A stretch of DNA of 64,000 nt from assembly GCA_035555975.1 (NCBI GenBank), contig DATMFV010000135.1:1-64000 (forward strand). Direction: 5' to 3'. The stretch is from Chthoniobacteraceae bacterium (GTDB lineage: Bacteria; Verrucomicrobiota; Verrucomicrobiia; Chthoniobacterales; Chthoniobacteraceae). Below are positions 38,020-47,083 of this stretch, one piece after another (position 1 is the first letter of the stretch; every line of letters starts with the position of its first letter). Both the position numbers and the translations under genes were made by a program. The notes beneath the pieces are model-generated. The model had not been told where the DNA came from. It did no database searches and worked only from the letters and a program-made list of their open reading frames with translations.

Positions 38020-38802
38020 ATGGCAAGCCTCCGCCTCCCCCCATCGTCCCGTGGCGACCATGGTCTCACGCTGGTCGAACTGCTGGTTGCCATCGCCTGC
38101 ATTGCCGTGCTCGCCATCATCCTTTATCCGGTGGCGGGAACCCTCCGGGGCCACAACGCCGTTGCCAGATGCCTTTCCAACCTGCGGCAACTCGGCGCGG
38201 GGATTCACCTCTACGCCGCGGACCATGGAGGGAGCCTTCCGCCCTCCCATGTGGATGAAGGGATCATCGCCCCCGGCGTGGCGGAGCGGCGGTGGGACCA
38301 GTTTCTGCAAAATGCCGATCCGTCCAATTACAAGGGAGGGGGTGTTTTGCCCAACGAAAACCTTTCCAACCGTCCTGACGTTCTGACGGTCTACAACTGC
38401 CCCGCCAATCCTTACCGCCTCGGCAACCGCTGGAACGCCCCGAGTTATGCCTATAACGGAGCGCTGGGAAAAGACGAATGGCGCGTCCGGGTTGCAAACC
38501 TTCCTCATCCGGCCATGACCGTCATGCTGGTCGACGCGGGAGTGCGTAATGACATGTCGACGCCGCCGGAGCTTGGTCCTCCCAAAAATCTCTGCTACTG
38601 CACCCTCTATGGCGGCAGCACGTTTGCATGGGAACGCTCGGTCAACTTCGAGGTTCACCATGGGCGCGCCCATTTCCTCATGGTGGATGGGCACGTGGAA
38701 AGCCTGGATCGGGAAACCGTTCGCCAACGCGGCGCGGAGAAAACCCTCCTCTGGTCGCGCGATAACCTCGCCATCTCCGGCGCCGAAAAAGGGAGATGGT
38801 AG
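38020..38802 (+). CDS. Prepilin-type N-terminal plus DUF1559 protein.
   Basis: GLTLVELLVAIACIAVLA … HHGRAHFLMVDGHVE. Confidence 0.85.
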   Translation: MASLRLPPSSRGDHGLTLVELLVAIACIAVLAIILYPVAGTLRGHNAVARCLSNLRQLGAGIHLYAADHGGSLPPSHVDEGIIAPGVAERRWDQFLQNADPSNYKGGGVLPNENLSNRPDVLTVYNCPANPYRLGNRWNAPSYAYNGALGKDEWRVRVANLPHPAMTVMLVDAGVRNDMSTPPELGPPKNLCYCTLYGGSTFAWERSVNFEVHHGRAHFLMVDGHVESLDRETVRQRGAEKTLLWSRDNLAISGAEKGRW

Positions 38803-38806
38803 CCCC

Positions 38807-38861
38807 TCAAATCGTTCACTTCCCTTTATGTCAAATCGTTCACTTCCCTTTATGTCAAATC
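38807..38861 (+). repeat. 24-bp tandem direct repeat, 2.3 copies, spanning the start codon of the DUF4838 gene.
   Basis: TCAAATCGTTCACTTCCCTTTATG x2, then a partial TCAAATC. This gives in-frame ATGs at 38828 and 38852 (MSNRSLPF-MSNHCR…). Confidence 0.85.
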
Positions 38862-40900
38862 ATTGCCGAATCGCCATTTTTCTTGCCGTCCTTGCTTTTC
38901 TTCCTCCCCTTCTTGCGGCGGAGAAGCCGCCGGTATTTACGGTAGTAGAGGATGGCGCTCCGGCGGCGGTGATCGTGGCGGACGTTCCCGAAAAGGCGAA
39001 CGAGGCGGTGCGGGAGGGCGTCGGCCGGGCGTGTGAGATGATGCGTTTTGCCGTGGAACGGGCCACGGGGGCGAAGCTGGAGATCATCCCGGCCACGGGT
39101 GCCATTCCCGAGGGGAAAAGGGCGATTCTCATCGGCGGCGGCCGCCGGGCGAAAGCGGCGGCGGTGGAGATGAGGCCGCTGCCGGTCGAAGGGTACGGCG
39201 TCATCGTCCAGCCGGAGCGGTGCGTGCTTTACGGCGATCTCGCTGCCTTTGAGACGGAGGACCCCCGCCCCAAATACCCCGAATACCCCGCGCCGTGGGC
39301 GGCCACCCCGTTCTTTGCCGTGGCGGAAATCGTGCAAAGCCGGTGGCATGGCCGCTGGCTCTGGCCGGGGCCGGACGGCTTCGCGATACCCGCGCAAAAA
39401 AATCTCTCCCTGGCCGTGGGGGACGAAACCTTCCGGCCCAAGCTCCGGATTCGCTGGTTTTCCGGGCCGAGAGTCGCCCCCGACGGCACCGGCATCCGCG
39501 ATAAAAAGCGGTACATCGTCGCACCGGACCAGACGGAAGCATGGGACCACTCCATGCGGGAACTGGCCGACTGGTATTACTTCCACCGGTTCGGCTCCCG
39601 GCTGCTGCGCGGCTCCCAGCATAGCTTCCATCACTGGTGGGAAAAATATCACGCCGCCGAGCCGGACCTTTTTGCCCAGCCGCCTCCCGGCTTCCAACAG
39701 CCGTGGTCCCGGCCCGACCGGGTGAAGCTTCGCGACGGCAATCCGAAAGTGTGGGAACGCATTCTGGAGGAATGGCGCGCCGCCGGGCGACCTGCGCAGT
39801 GGGGCATCGGCCCGAATGACGGCAACGGCTTCTGCACCGCGCCGGAAAGCATGGCGCTCGACGAACCGCCCAACCAGGACCCCGAAACGGTCTGGCGCGG
39901 CGACGGCAATCTTTCCGCGCGCTACAGCCGCCTCTGGAGCCGGATTCTGGAGCAGGTGCGCGAGGAAAACCCGCAAGCCGAGTGGACCACGCTGATCTAT
40001 GGTTGCTACAACAGCCCTCCGGCTCAGGGTGTGGATTTGCACAACCTTCTCGGGGCGTTCGTCCACGGGTGGACTCCCGCTGCGCGGACAAGTTGGAGCG
40101 CCTGGCGGAACGCGGGCGCCCGCCTTTACCTGCGGCCCAACTGGTTCCACATCGGCTCGGCCGCCCCATACATCCAGCCGCATGCCATGGGGAGTTTCAT
40201 CCGCTGGACAATCGAAAACGGCAGCCTCGGCTTCTACTTCGACGGGTTGGAAGGCCAATGGGCCAATCAGGGGCTCACCTACTACCTGATCGCCCGGCTC
40301 GGCGAAGACCCAAAGCTGACGGTTGACGCCATCACGGATGAATACACTTCCGCCTTTGGCGCGGCAAAGCCGCTGATCGCGGAGTACCTCCGCTATTGGG
40401 AAGACCACGCCACCGCGCTGGCGTATCCGATTCCCGTGGGCGGTTCGCTTTCCGTCAGTTCGGAAAGCCGCTATGAACAACTGGTGCGGGAAAAAGGGAT
40501 ACCGAAGCATCCGCTCGGCGGCAGCCACCACGCGCTTCCCTACTTCTACGGCGCGGACGTGGTGGAACCGGCGCAGGCTCTTTTGCAGCGGGCCGCGGAA
40601 GCCGTCGGGGACGACCGCCCCGAGGTGCGCCGGCGGGTCCGTTTCCTGCAACTCGGGCTGGAGCACCTCATCCTGACCCGGGACGCCGTTGCCCTTGCCT
40701 TCAAAGTGCGGGACAACCCTTCCGCAGAAAACCGGGAGGCGTTCCTGCAAAAACGGAAGGAACTGCGCGCCTTCCGCAAAAAGGTAACGCCGCTCAACGT
40801 CGTCTCCGAGGTTATCAGCAACAATGAGGAGCGGAGGCGCAACAGCCCGGCCACCGGCGCGCGCATCCTGCCCGAGCGACTGGAAGACGGGGGAATTTAG
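38828..40900 (+). CDS. DUF4838-family secreted protein (putative glycan-active), paralog 1. An alternative start lies at 38852.
   Basis: Signal peptide MSNHCRIAIFLAVLAFLPPLLAA. Conserved blocks FHHWWEKYH…PNDGNGFC… are shared with the 45076 paralog. Two in-frame ATGs arise from a 24-bp tandem duplication. Confidence 0.7.
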   Translation: MSNRSLPFMSNHCRIAIFLAVLAFLPPLLAAEKPPVFTVVEDGAPAAVIVADVPEKANEAVREGVGRACEMMRFAVERATGAKLEIIPATGAIPEGKRAILIGGGRRAKAAAVEMRPLPVEGYGVIVQPERCVLYGDLAAFETEDPRPKYPEYPAPWAATPFFAVAEIVQSRWHGRWLWPGPDGFAIPAQKNLSLAVGDETFRPKLRIRWFSGPRVAPDGTGIRDKKRYIVAPDQTEAWDHSMRELADWYYFHRFGSRLLRGSQHSFHHWWEKYHAAEPDLFAQPPPGFQQPWSRPDRVKLRDGNPKVWERILEEWRAAGRPAQWGIGPNDGNGFCTAPESMALDEPPNQDPETVWRGDGNLSARYSRLWSRILEQVREENPQAEWTTLIYGCYNSPPAQGVDLHNLLGAFVHGWTPAARTSWSAWRNAGARLYLRPNWFHIGSAAPYIQPHAMGSFIRWTIENGSLGFYFDGLEGQWANQGLTYYLIARLGEDPKLTVDAITDEYTSAFGAAKPLIAEYLRYWEDHATALAYPIPVGGSLSVSSESRYEQLVREKGIPKHPLGGSHHALPYFYGADVVEPAQALLQRAAEAVGDDRPEVRRRVRFLQLGLEHLILTRDAVALAFKVRDNPSAENREAFLQKRKELRAFRKKVTPLNVVSEVISNNEERRRNSPATGARILPERLEDGGI

Positions 40901-40978
40901 TTACGGACCTCCGCGTCCGCCGCCCGGTTTTGAGTCGATGCGGAAGCCCCAAGTGCGGCGCGCGCCATCGAAGGCGTT

Positions 40979-42286
40979 TTACCCAAGTGAAGACGAATGG
41001 TCGAGCGCTGATCCCGACCAGTTGGCCCGCGCGACCCGCAGGATATTGCCGCCGACCACCTTGGCGATCGTTTCGTCGCTGTGTCCTCTCTGCACCATGC
41101 CGACGGTGAAAAGCGGCCAGTTCGTCCACGCCAGGCTTTCGACCTGCCGCGGCTGGCTCCAGAGATGTTCATGAAGCAGCGGGTCCTTGGGCGGCCAGAG
41201 CGATTCCCAGCGCGCACGGGTCTTGAGGCGGAAGCGGGCCTTTTCCGATGCTGCCGGAGCGGCAATGCTGCGGTAGGCGCGGTCGGTGCCGATCGTCACC
41301 GCATCCGCCCCGAAAGTCTTCACCAGGTAGTCGATGTGATCAAGAAACGCCGTGATGTCGCCGCAGCCGCCGAGAAACGCGGGGACATTGGTGACCCCGA
41401 TCGTCCCGCCGGTGTCGACCACGGCCCGGATCACCTCGTCCGGCTTGGCGCGGATGTGGTGGTTGATGGCGTCGGCCACCGAGTGGCTGACCACCACCGG
41501 CCGGGTGGAAACGCGCGCGGCGTCCAGACAGGTCTGCCAGCCGGTATGTGCGAGGTCGACAATCACCCCGAGGCGGTTCATCTCGCGGATGGCCGCCTGG
41601 CCAAAATCGCTCAACCCGCCGTCGGTCGGCTCGCCGCAGCCGTCGCCCATCGGGTTGCGCCGGTTGTAGGTCAGGTGCATCATCCGCACTCCCAACTGCG
41701 CAAAAACACGGACGAGGCCGAGTTCCTCCTCCGGCGTCTGCTGATCGCCGACGAGCGGAATCCCGTTGCCGGTAAGGTAAATGGTCCGTTTCCCCGCCTT
41801 GAAAGCGGCTTCGATCCCATCGACATCGTGCGCGCGGGCCAGAAGCTCCGGCATGGAATCGATCAGGTGAACATACCGCGCCAGACGCTTGAGGAGGCGG
41901 GTCGGCTGGTTGCCCTCCTCCCCGGCGTTGAGGAAAATGCAGGACACGCCGGCGGCTTCCCACGCTTCGCGGTACTCCCGGCGAAGCTCCGCAGTTCGCA
42001 GCCAGCCGAGCATGCCGTGCTCCTCATGAAGATCCCGCAGTTCCGTACTCGACGCATTTTCATCAAGCAGCGCGTTGCTCTCCTCCGGCACTACCGGCGC
42101 GTGCAACCCGAGGCCGTACGACTCCGCCACCAACACCTGCGAGTGGAGTTCCAGCCCGTGTTCGAGCTGGCTGGCCGACGGTTTCAGGAGATCAAGGGCG
42201 ACATTGCGGGCGTGTTCGATGGCAGCGTTCATGAAAAAGCAATAGAGACAAAAGGCGAGTAAGAGGGGCTGGCCGGTCGCTGTCAA
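40979..42286 (-). CDS. Membrane dipeptidase (peptidase M19). An alternative internal start lies at 42232.
   Basis: M19 blocks (…VVDLAHTGW…, …VVVSHS…, …IGTDRAY…); 435 aa. Confidence 0.75.
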   Translation of the reverse strand: MTATGQPLLLAFCLYCFFMNAAIEHARNVALDLLKPSASQLEHGLELHSQVLVAESYGLGLHAPVVPEESNALLDENASSTELRDLHEEHGMLGWLRTAELRREYREAWEAAGVSCIFLNAGEEGNQPTRLLKRLARYVHLIDSMPELLARAHDVDGIEAAFKAGKRTIYLTGNGIPLVGDQQTPEEELGLVRVFAQLGVRMMHLTYNRRNPMGDGCGEPTDGGLSDFGQAAIREMNRLGVIVDLAHTGWQTCLDAARVSTRPVVVSHSVADAINHHIRAKPDEVIRAVVDTGGTIGVTNVPAFLGGCGDITAFLDHIDYLVKTFGADAVTIGTDRAYRSIAAPAASEKARFRLKTRARWESLWPPKDPLLHEHLWSQPRQVESLAWTNWPLFTVGMVQRGHSDETIAKVVGGNILRVARANWSGSALDHSSSLG

Positions 42287-42438
42287 GCGAATCGGATGCA
42301 GGGAACACCGACGCGCATCCGCCCATCAGTCCGGAGGTCCGGTTTTTCCGGCGGGAAGATAAATTTCCACTGGCAGTCTGCGGGGTTTGCTTCCACTCTT
42401 CCACTCTGCTCCTGCGCCAGGTTTCCTGAAAAATACCG

Positions 42439-43197
42439 ATGCCCACTTCCCTTGACCCGCTTCCACCCGGTTTCCGGCTGATCGCTCATCGCGGCGCTTC
42501 CGTCCGCGCGCCGGAAAACACCGCGGCGGCTTTCCGTGCCGCGTACGAAACCGGCAGCCGCGAGGTTGAAACCGATGTGCAGTTGACGAGCGACGGGGTG
42601 GCCATCCTCTGCCACGATAAGACGCTCGTCCGCTACGGCCATGGCGACCGGCATGTCGAAGCCTGTTCGTACGGCGAACTGGCGGAACTCGACTTCGGCT
42701 CATGGTTTGACCCGGCCTTTTCGGAGGAGCGGGTCGTGCGGCTCAGTGACTTTCTGGCGGAGTTTTCCATGCTCCTGCGGCTCCATATCGAACTCAAGGG
42801 GGCCTCGCCGACCCTCGCCGCCGCCACGCTCGACCTGGCGCAGCAATACGGCGCGGCGTCGCAGTCGGTCTTCACCTCGTTTTCCTTTGAGCAACTGGAA
42901 CGGGCCCGGGCTCACCGCTCGCAGGCGCGGCTCGGGTGGCTGGTGACCGAAATCAACGACGAAGTGCTCGGGAAAGCGCGCGAACTCGGCCTTTTCCAGA
43001 TCTGCCCCAAAGCCGGAAACCTCACCGCCGACGCGATCAACCGCGCCCTGGAGGTCGTGCCGGAAGTCCGCGCCTGGGGCTGCCCGCGCCATCTCGAAGA
43101 GGCGCGCCTCTGTGTCCGCCGGCTTCAATCGACCGGGTGCAGCGGCATTACGATCGACGAGCCGCTCTGGATCGATCCCGGCACCCTCGCGGTCTGA
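42439..43197 (+). CDS. Glycerophosphodiester phosphodiesterase (GDPD family).
   Basis: LIAHRGAS…ENTAAAF … ETDVQLTSDGVAILCHD. Confidence 0.8.
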   Translation: MPTSLDPLPPGFRLIAHRGASVRAPENTAAAFRAAYETGSREVETDVQLTSDGVAILCHDKTLVRYGHGDRHVEACSYGELAELDFGSWFDPAFSEERVVRLSDFLAEFSMLLRLHIELKGASPTLAAATLDLAQQYGAASQSVFTSFSFEQLERARAHRSQARLGWLVTEINDEVLGKARELGLFQICPKAGNLTADAINRALEVVPEVRAWGCPRHLEEARLCVRRLQSTGCSGITIDEPLWIDPGTLAV

Positions 43198-43243
43198 CCA
43201 ACCCCGCCAGACCTTCCGCCGGATTTCACTCCCGAAAAACCGG

Positions 43244-43292
43244 TTGACAAAAAGCTGAACCGTTTTAGTATTTAGCTAAATCGGTTCAGCTT
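43244..43292 (+). promoter_or_regulatory. Sigma-70-like promoter (TTGACA-16-TAGTAT) overlapped by a 16-bp-arm imperfect palindrome, upstream of the LacI gene at 43315.
   Basis: AAGCTGAACCGTTTTA-gtatttagc-TAAATCGGTTCAGCTT; 15 of 16 arm positions are complementary. Confidence 0.45.
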
Positions 43293-43314
43293 TCATCGTT
43301 TTCCGCCCCTTTCC

Positions 43315-44361
43315 ATGGATACCCTTTCCCAACCGGTCACAATTCCCACCCTCCGGCATGTTGCCAAACAGGCGCGGGTCAGCCTTTCCACCGCCAGTTC
43401 CGTAATGAACGGCCATGCCGAGCGGTTGCGCATCTCCGCCAAGACGCAGGAGCGGGTCCTGACCACGGCCGAGCAGCTCGGTTACCAGCCAAACCCGCTG
43501 GCGGCGGGACTTCGCCTCAAACGCTCGCAGTCGATCGGCGTCCTCTGGTCGTTTGCCGGTCCCCACGGTTCCAGCCAACTGGTGCGCAACTTCAGCGGGC
43601 AGGCGATGCAGCATGGCTACAGCACACTGGTCTATGACACTCTTAACGACCCGGAACTGATCGTCAGCCAACTCCGCGCCGCCGCCAAAAACCGGGTTGA
43701 CGGCGTGGTCTTTGCCATCGGGCGCGCTTCCATCAAGCCGTTCCTCCCCTTGCTCGAAAAACTGCCCCACGTCGTTCTGGTAACGGCCCGACCGTACGAC
43801 GATCTGCCGTTCCTCCAGATCATCCATTGCATGACCCGCGCCTTGCACGACGCCGTCCACCACCTGGTCGCCGCAGGGCGGGACCGCTTCGCGTTTATCG
43901 GCAGCCTCCCGGGCAACACCTCCAAAACGGAAGCGATCAGTGCCGCGCTCAAAGCCGCCGGACTCTCCCGGCCGTTGAGTCTTTTCCATTGTTCGGAAGC
44001 TTTCCCCTTTTCCCAGAAAGAGGAGGACTGGAGTTTTCGCACCCACCCCGAGTTTACCTCCGCCAACGCCATTTTCGCCGCCACCGACGAAATCGCCGCC
44101 GCCGTCACCTCCGCCCTTCATGAGGCGGGGCGGAAGGTGCCCGAAGAGGTCGCCGTGGTCGGCTTCAACAACAGCCCGTTTGCCTCCCTTTTCACACCGC
44201 CGCTTGCCAGCATCCAGCGGTTTGACGATCTCCTCGCCCACCGCGCGATGGAGCGGATCATCGCCGCCATTGAAGAGCGGCACGATGCCTTTCCCCATAC
44301 CGAAACCATCAACATGGAATTCATCTGGCGCTCCTCCGCCGGTGCCCCTCCCGCCCCATGA
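43315..44361 (+). CDS. LacI-family transcriptional regulator.
   Basis: HTH PTLRHVAKQARVSLSTASSVMNG plus a sugar-binding domain. Confidence 0.8.
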   Translation: MDTLSQPVTIPTLRHVAKQARVSLSTASSVMNGHAERLRISAKTQERVLTTAEQLGYQPNPLAAGLRLKRSQSIGVLWSFAGPHGSSQLVRNFSGQAMQHGYSTLVYDTLNDPELIVSQLRAAAKNRVDGVVFAIGRASIKPFLPLLEKLPHVVLVTARPYDDLPFLQIIHCMTRALHDAVHHLVAAGRDRFAFIGSLPGNTSKTEAISAALKAAGLSRPLSLFHCSEAFPFSQKEEDWSFRTHPEFTSANAIFAATDEIAAAVTSALHEAGRKVPEEVAVVGFNNSPFASLFTPPLASIQRFDDLLAHRAMERIIAAIEERHDAFPHTETINMEFIWRSSAGAPPAP

Positions 44362-45053
44362 GCCTGCCCCTCCTCCCACGACGCCGGGCCGATGCCGTCT
44401 CCCTGACGGAAACGCTCGTCCTCCTGCTGGTCTTCGCATTTCTTGCCGCGCTGCTGCTGCCGGCCCTCTCCAATGCCCGCAGCAAGGCGGGGGTGATCGG
44501 CTGCCTCACTCACCTGCGTGCCTTTGGAGCGGCCTTTCACGCTTTTGCGGGCGATCACAACGGCCTCCTGCCACAGGATGAAGCCCCCCTGCCCCCTTCG
44601 GGAACCATCCGCAACTGGCCCCACCATGTCGGCTCCTACCTTTCCGTTCAGTACGGCACCTTTTCCACCGCATCGAATGAAACGATCGCCAAAAGCCCGT
44701 TTTACTGCCCGGCGGAGAAGGAAGTCGTCAAGCCGTGGATCTCCTACAGCATCAACCGGGAACTCAATCTGCGGCTCTTCGGCCAGGCGTCCTACATCCG
44801 GCTGCCCGAACTCGCCTCTCCCGCTCACTACGTGCTGCTGGCTGACTCCCACGCCTATTTTTACATCCCGAGCGACAGCCGCAAGAAAATGACCGAGTGG
44901 GCCGGGCTCACCCGCCGCCACAACGGTCAGCCCAACTTTCTTTACGCCGACGGGCATGCCGCCCCGTTTACCGAGAAACTTCTCGGCCTGAGCGATGCCG
45001 GAGGCAATGCCCCGCTTTACCGAAGCCTCTGGCAGGCGCGTTACCGCCCCTGA
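44358..45053 (+). CDS. Prepilin-like plus DUF1559 protein, with a degenerate N-terminal motif.
   Basis: SLTETLVLLLVFAFLAALL … RHNGQPNFLYADGHA. Start overlaps the LacI stop as ATGA. Confidence 0.7.
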   Translation: MSLPLLPRRRADAVSLTETLVLLLVFAFLAALLLPALSNARSKAGVIGCLTHLRAFGAAFHAFAGDHNGLLPQDEAPLPPSGTIRNWPHHVGSYLSVQYGTFSTASNETIAKSPFYCPAEKEVVKPWISYSINRELNLRLFGQASYIRLPELASPAHYVLLADSHAYFYIPSDSRKKMTEWAGLTRRHNGQPNFLYADGHAAPFTEKLLGLSDAGGNAPLYRSLWQARYRP

Positions 45054-45075
45054 AATCTTCCGGAATTTTTTCCCC

Positions 45076-47052
45076 ATGCCGATCTTTCGCCGACATTTAC
45101 TTCCTTTTCTGCTGCTGGCCTGCGCTCTCCTGCTTTCCGCCTGCCAACCCGTTCTGGAAAGAAACCGGGAGGCTGCCGTGCCGCTTGTCCGCGACGGTCG
45201 CGCCACGAGCGCCATTCTTCTTCCGAAGAATGCCGACCCTGCGTTGCGCAAACTCGCCGCCTCTTTTGCCGCCACCGTCCGCCGCTCGACCGGGGCGGAA
45301 ATCCCGCTGCTAGCCCGGGAGGAAGCCGCCGCCCTCCCTCCGGGCCATACCCGGGTCTATCTCGGCCCCGGTCCGGAAGCCGAAACCGCCGGGCTGCGTC
45401 TGGAGGAGATTCCCGAAGAAGGCTACCGGCTTGTCGTACAGGAAGGGGCGGTTTTCGTCCTCGGGCGCGATACCGACTCATCGCAGCCGACCCGCTGGGC
45501 GCTCAACCGGATTCTGGAGGAACAACTCGGCGTCCGCTGGCTCTGGCCCGGTGAACTCGGCACCTACGTTCCCAGGCATGCAAATCTGGAGCTTCCCCTC
45601 GCCGATCTCCGCTACCAGCCGCAGCTCTCCCTGCGCCGGTTACGGATCAGCGCCAACTCCCCGATCTCCACCGATGATCCTGTCCTGAACGAGCGGCTTT
45701 TGCGGGAAGCAAAGGAGTGGGCGGCCAACCACCAGTCCGGAAACCGTTCGCAAGCCCGCTTCGGGCATGCCTTCGTCCACTGGTGGGAAAAGTACGGCAA
45801 AGCCCATCCTGACTACTTCGCCGAACCTCCGCCCGATACGGAAAACCCGGCGCTCAAGCACCCTGATCGGGTCAAGCTCCGCCTCTCCAACCCGGCTGTC
45901 ATCGAGCAGATCGCCGCCGAATACCGCGAAGCGGGCAGCCCGCCGTACTGGAATGTCTGCCCCAACGACGGCGGCGGGTTCGATCTTTCCGAAGCGACCC
46001 GGGCGTGGGACATTCCGCAAGGCCAGTCTCCCGACGACATCTGGAGCGCCCGCGCCAACCTCACGCCCCGTTTCGTTGAATTCTGGAACCGGCTCCACCG
46101 GCGGCTAGCGGAGAGCAACCCGGAAGTCCGCCTCTCCACCTACGCCTACTATGCCTACAAAATCCCGCCGCCTGCCGAACGTCCGCTGACGGCGACCACC
46201 GCCATCGGCATCGTGCCGGGGTACAAGGACCAGGAACTCTGGGAAGGGTGGGCCGCACAGCCGGGGGTTGCGGAACTTTACCTGCGCCCCAACTGGGGAC
46301 ACATCGGCGCGAACGCCCCGTACCTGCCGCTCCGGGACATGGCCCGGTTTCTCAACTTTACCCGGAAACACAAAATGGCGGGGTTTGACCTCGACTCGAT
46401 CGTTGGCTTCTGGAGCACGCAGGGGCTCAACTACTACCTCTGGGCCCGGGCGCTCTCGCAGCCGGAAGTCTCCGTCGAAGCCGTGATCGAGGAGTATTGC
46501 TCCGCCTTCGGCGCGGGTGCGTCGCACATCCGGGCCTATTTCGACCACTGGCTGCGCCTGACGGACGATTACGCCTACCCCGAAACGTACGCCCTGCACG
46601 ACCCCGAGGCCGAACACGGCCGGTTCATGAAACTGGTCCGCGAGGGGAAGACGGAAGTCAACTTCGTGCGCGGGCCGCGCTACGCCCTTCCCTATCTCTA
46701 CACCGACGCCGTGCTGCAACCGGGCGAAGAACTGCTCGACAAGGCGCGCGCCGCCATTGGCGAAGGGGATGCCGAAGCCGCCGCGCGGGTGGAATTCCTG
46801 CGGGCCGGGCTGGAGGAACTGCGCGCCACGCGCGACCTCATCGCGCTGGCCCGGAGCCTCGGCCCCCGCCCCACTCCCGCGCAACTGGACGCGCTCCGGC
46901 AAAAAGACGAAGCGCTCGAAGCGATCCGCACCCGCCACACCGCCGGGCACGCCGTCTGGGGCGCACGCCTCACCCTTTACGAAAACCGCTATCGGGTTCC
47001 GATCCGCCCCAAAACCCTTCCCCTGCCCAGCCTGAACCTGGACGGGCTGTAA
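45076..47052 (+). CDS. DUF4838-family lipoprotein, paralog 2.
   Basis: MPIFRRHLLPFLLLACALLLSAC lipobox. FVHWWEKYGKAHPDYFAEPPP…PNDGGGFD… aligns with the 38828 gene. The track start at 44995 overlaps the upstream gene and is rejected. Confidence 0.75.
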   Translation: MPIFRRHLLPFLLLACALLLSACQPVLERNREAAVPLVRDGRATSAILLPKNADPALRKLAASFAATVRRSTGAEIPLLAREEAAALPPGHTRVYLGPGPEAETAGLRLEEIPEEGYRLVVQEGAVFVLGRDTDSSQPTRWALNRILEEQLGVRWLWPGELGTYVPRHANLELPLADLRYQPQLSLRRLRISANSPISTDDPVLNERLLREAKEWAANHQSGNRSQARFGHAFVHWWEKYGKAHPDYFAEPPPDTENPALKHPDRVKLRLSNPAVIEQIAAEYREAGSPPYWNVCPNDGGGFDLSEATRAWDIPQGQSPDDIWSARANLTPRFVEFWNRLHRRLAESNPEVRLSTYAYYAYKIPPPAERPLTATTAIGIVPGYKDQELWEGWAAQPGVAELYLRPNWGHIGANAPYLPLRDMARFLNFTRKHKMAGFDLDSIVGFWSTQGLNYYLWARALSQPEVSVEAVIEEYCSAFGAGASHIRAYFDHWLRLTDDYAYPETYALHDPEAEHGRFMKLVREGKTEVNFVRGPRYALPYLYTDAVLQPGEELLDKARAAIGEGDAEAAARVEFLRAGLEELRATRDLIALARSLGPRPTPAQLDALRQKDEALEAIRTRHTAGHAVWGARLTLYENRYRVPIRPKTLPLPSLNLDGL

Positions 47053-47083
47053 AAGAAACCACAACCCCTCGACTCCAATCCTC

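Noticed and set aside
37024-38727. 567-aa minus ORF; also 38855..40750 -, 41081..42262 +, 46105..47184 -, 53693..56068 -, 58492..61182 +, 61163..62137 +.
   Set aside because: All are antisense to genes with clear family assignments or signal peptides. They are high-GC shadow ORFs.
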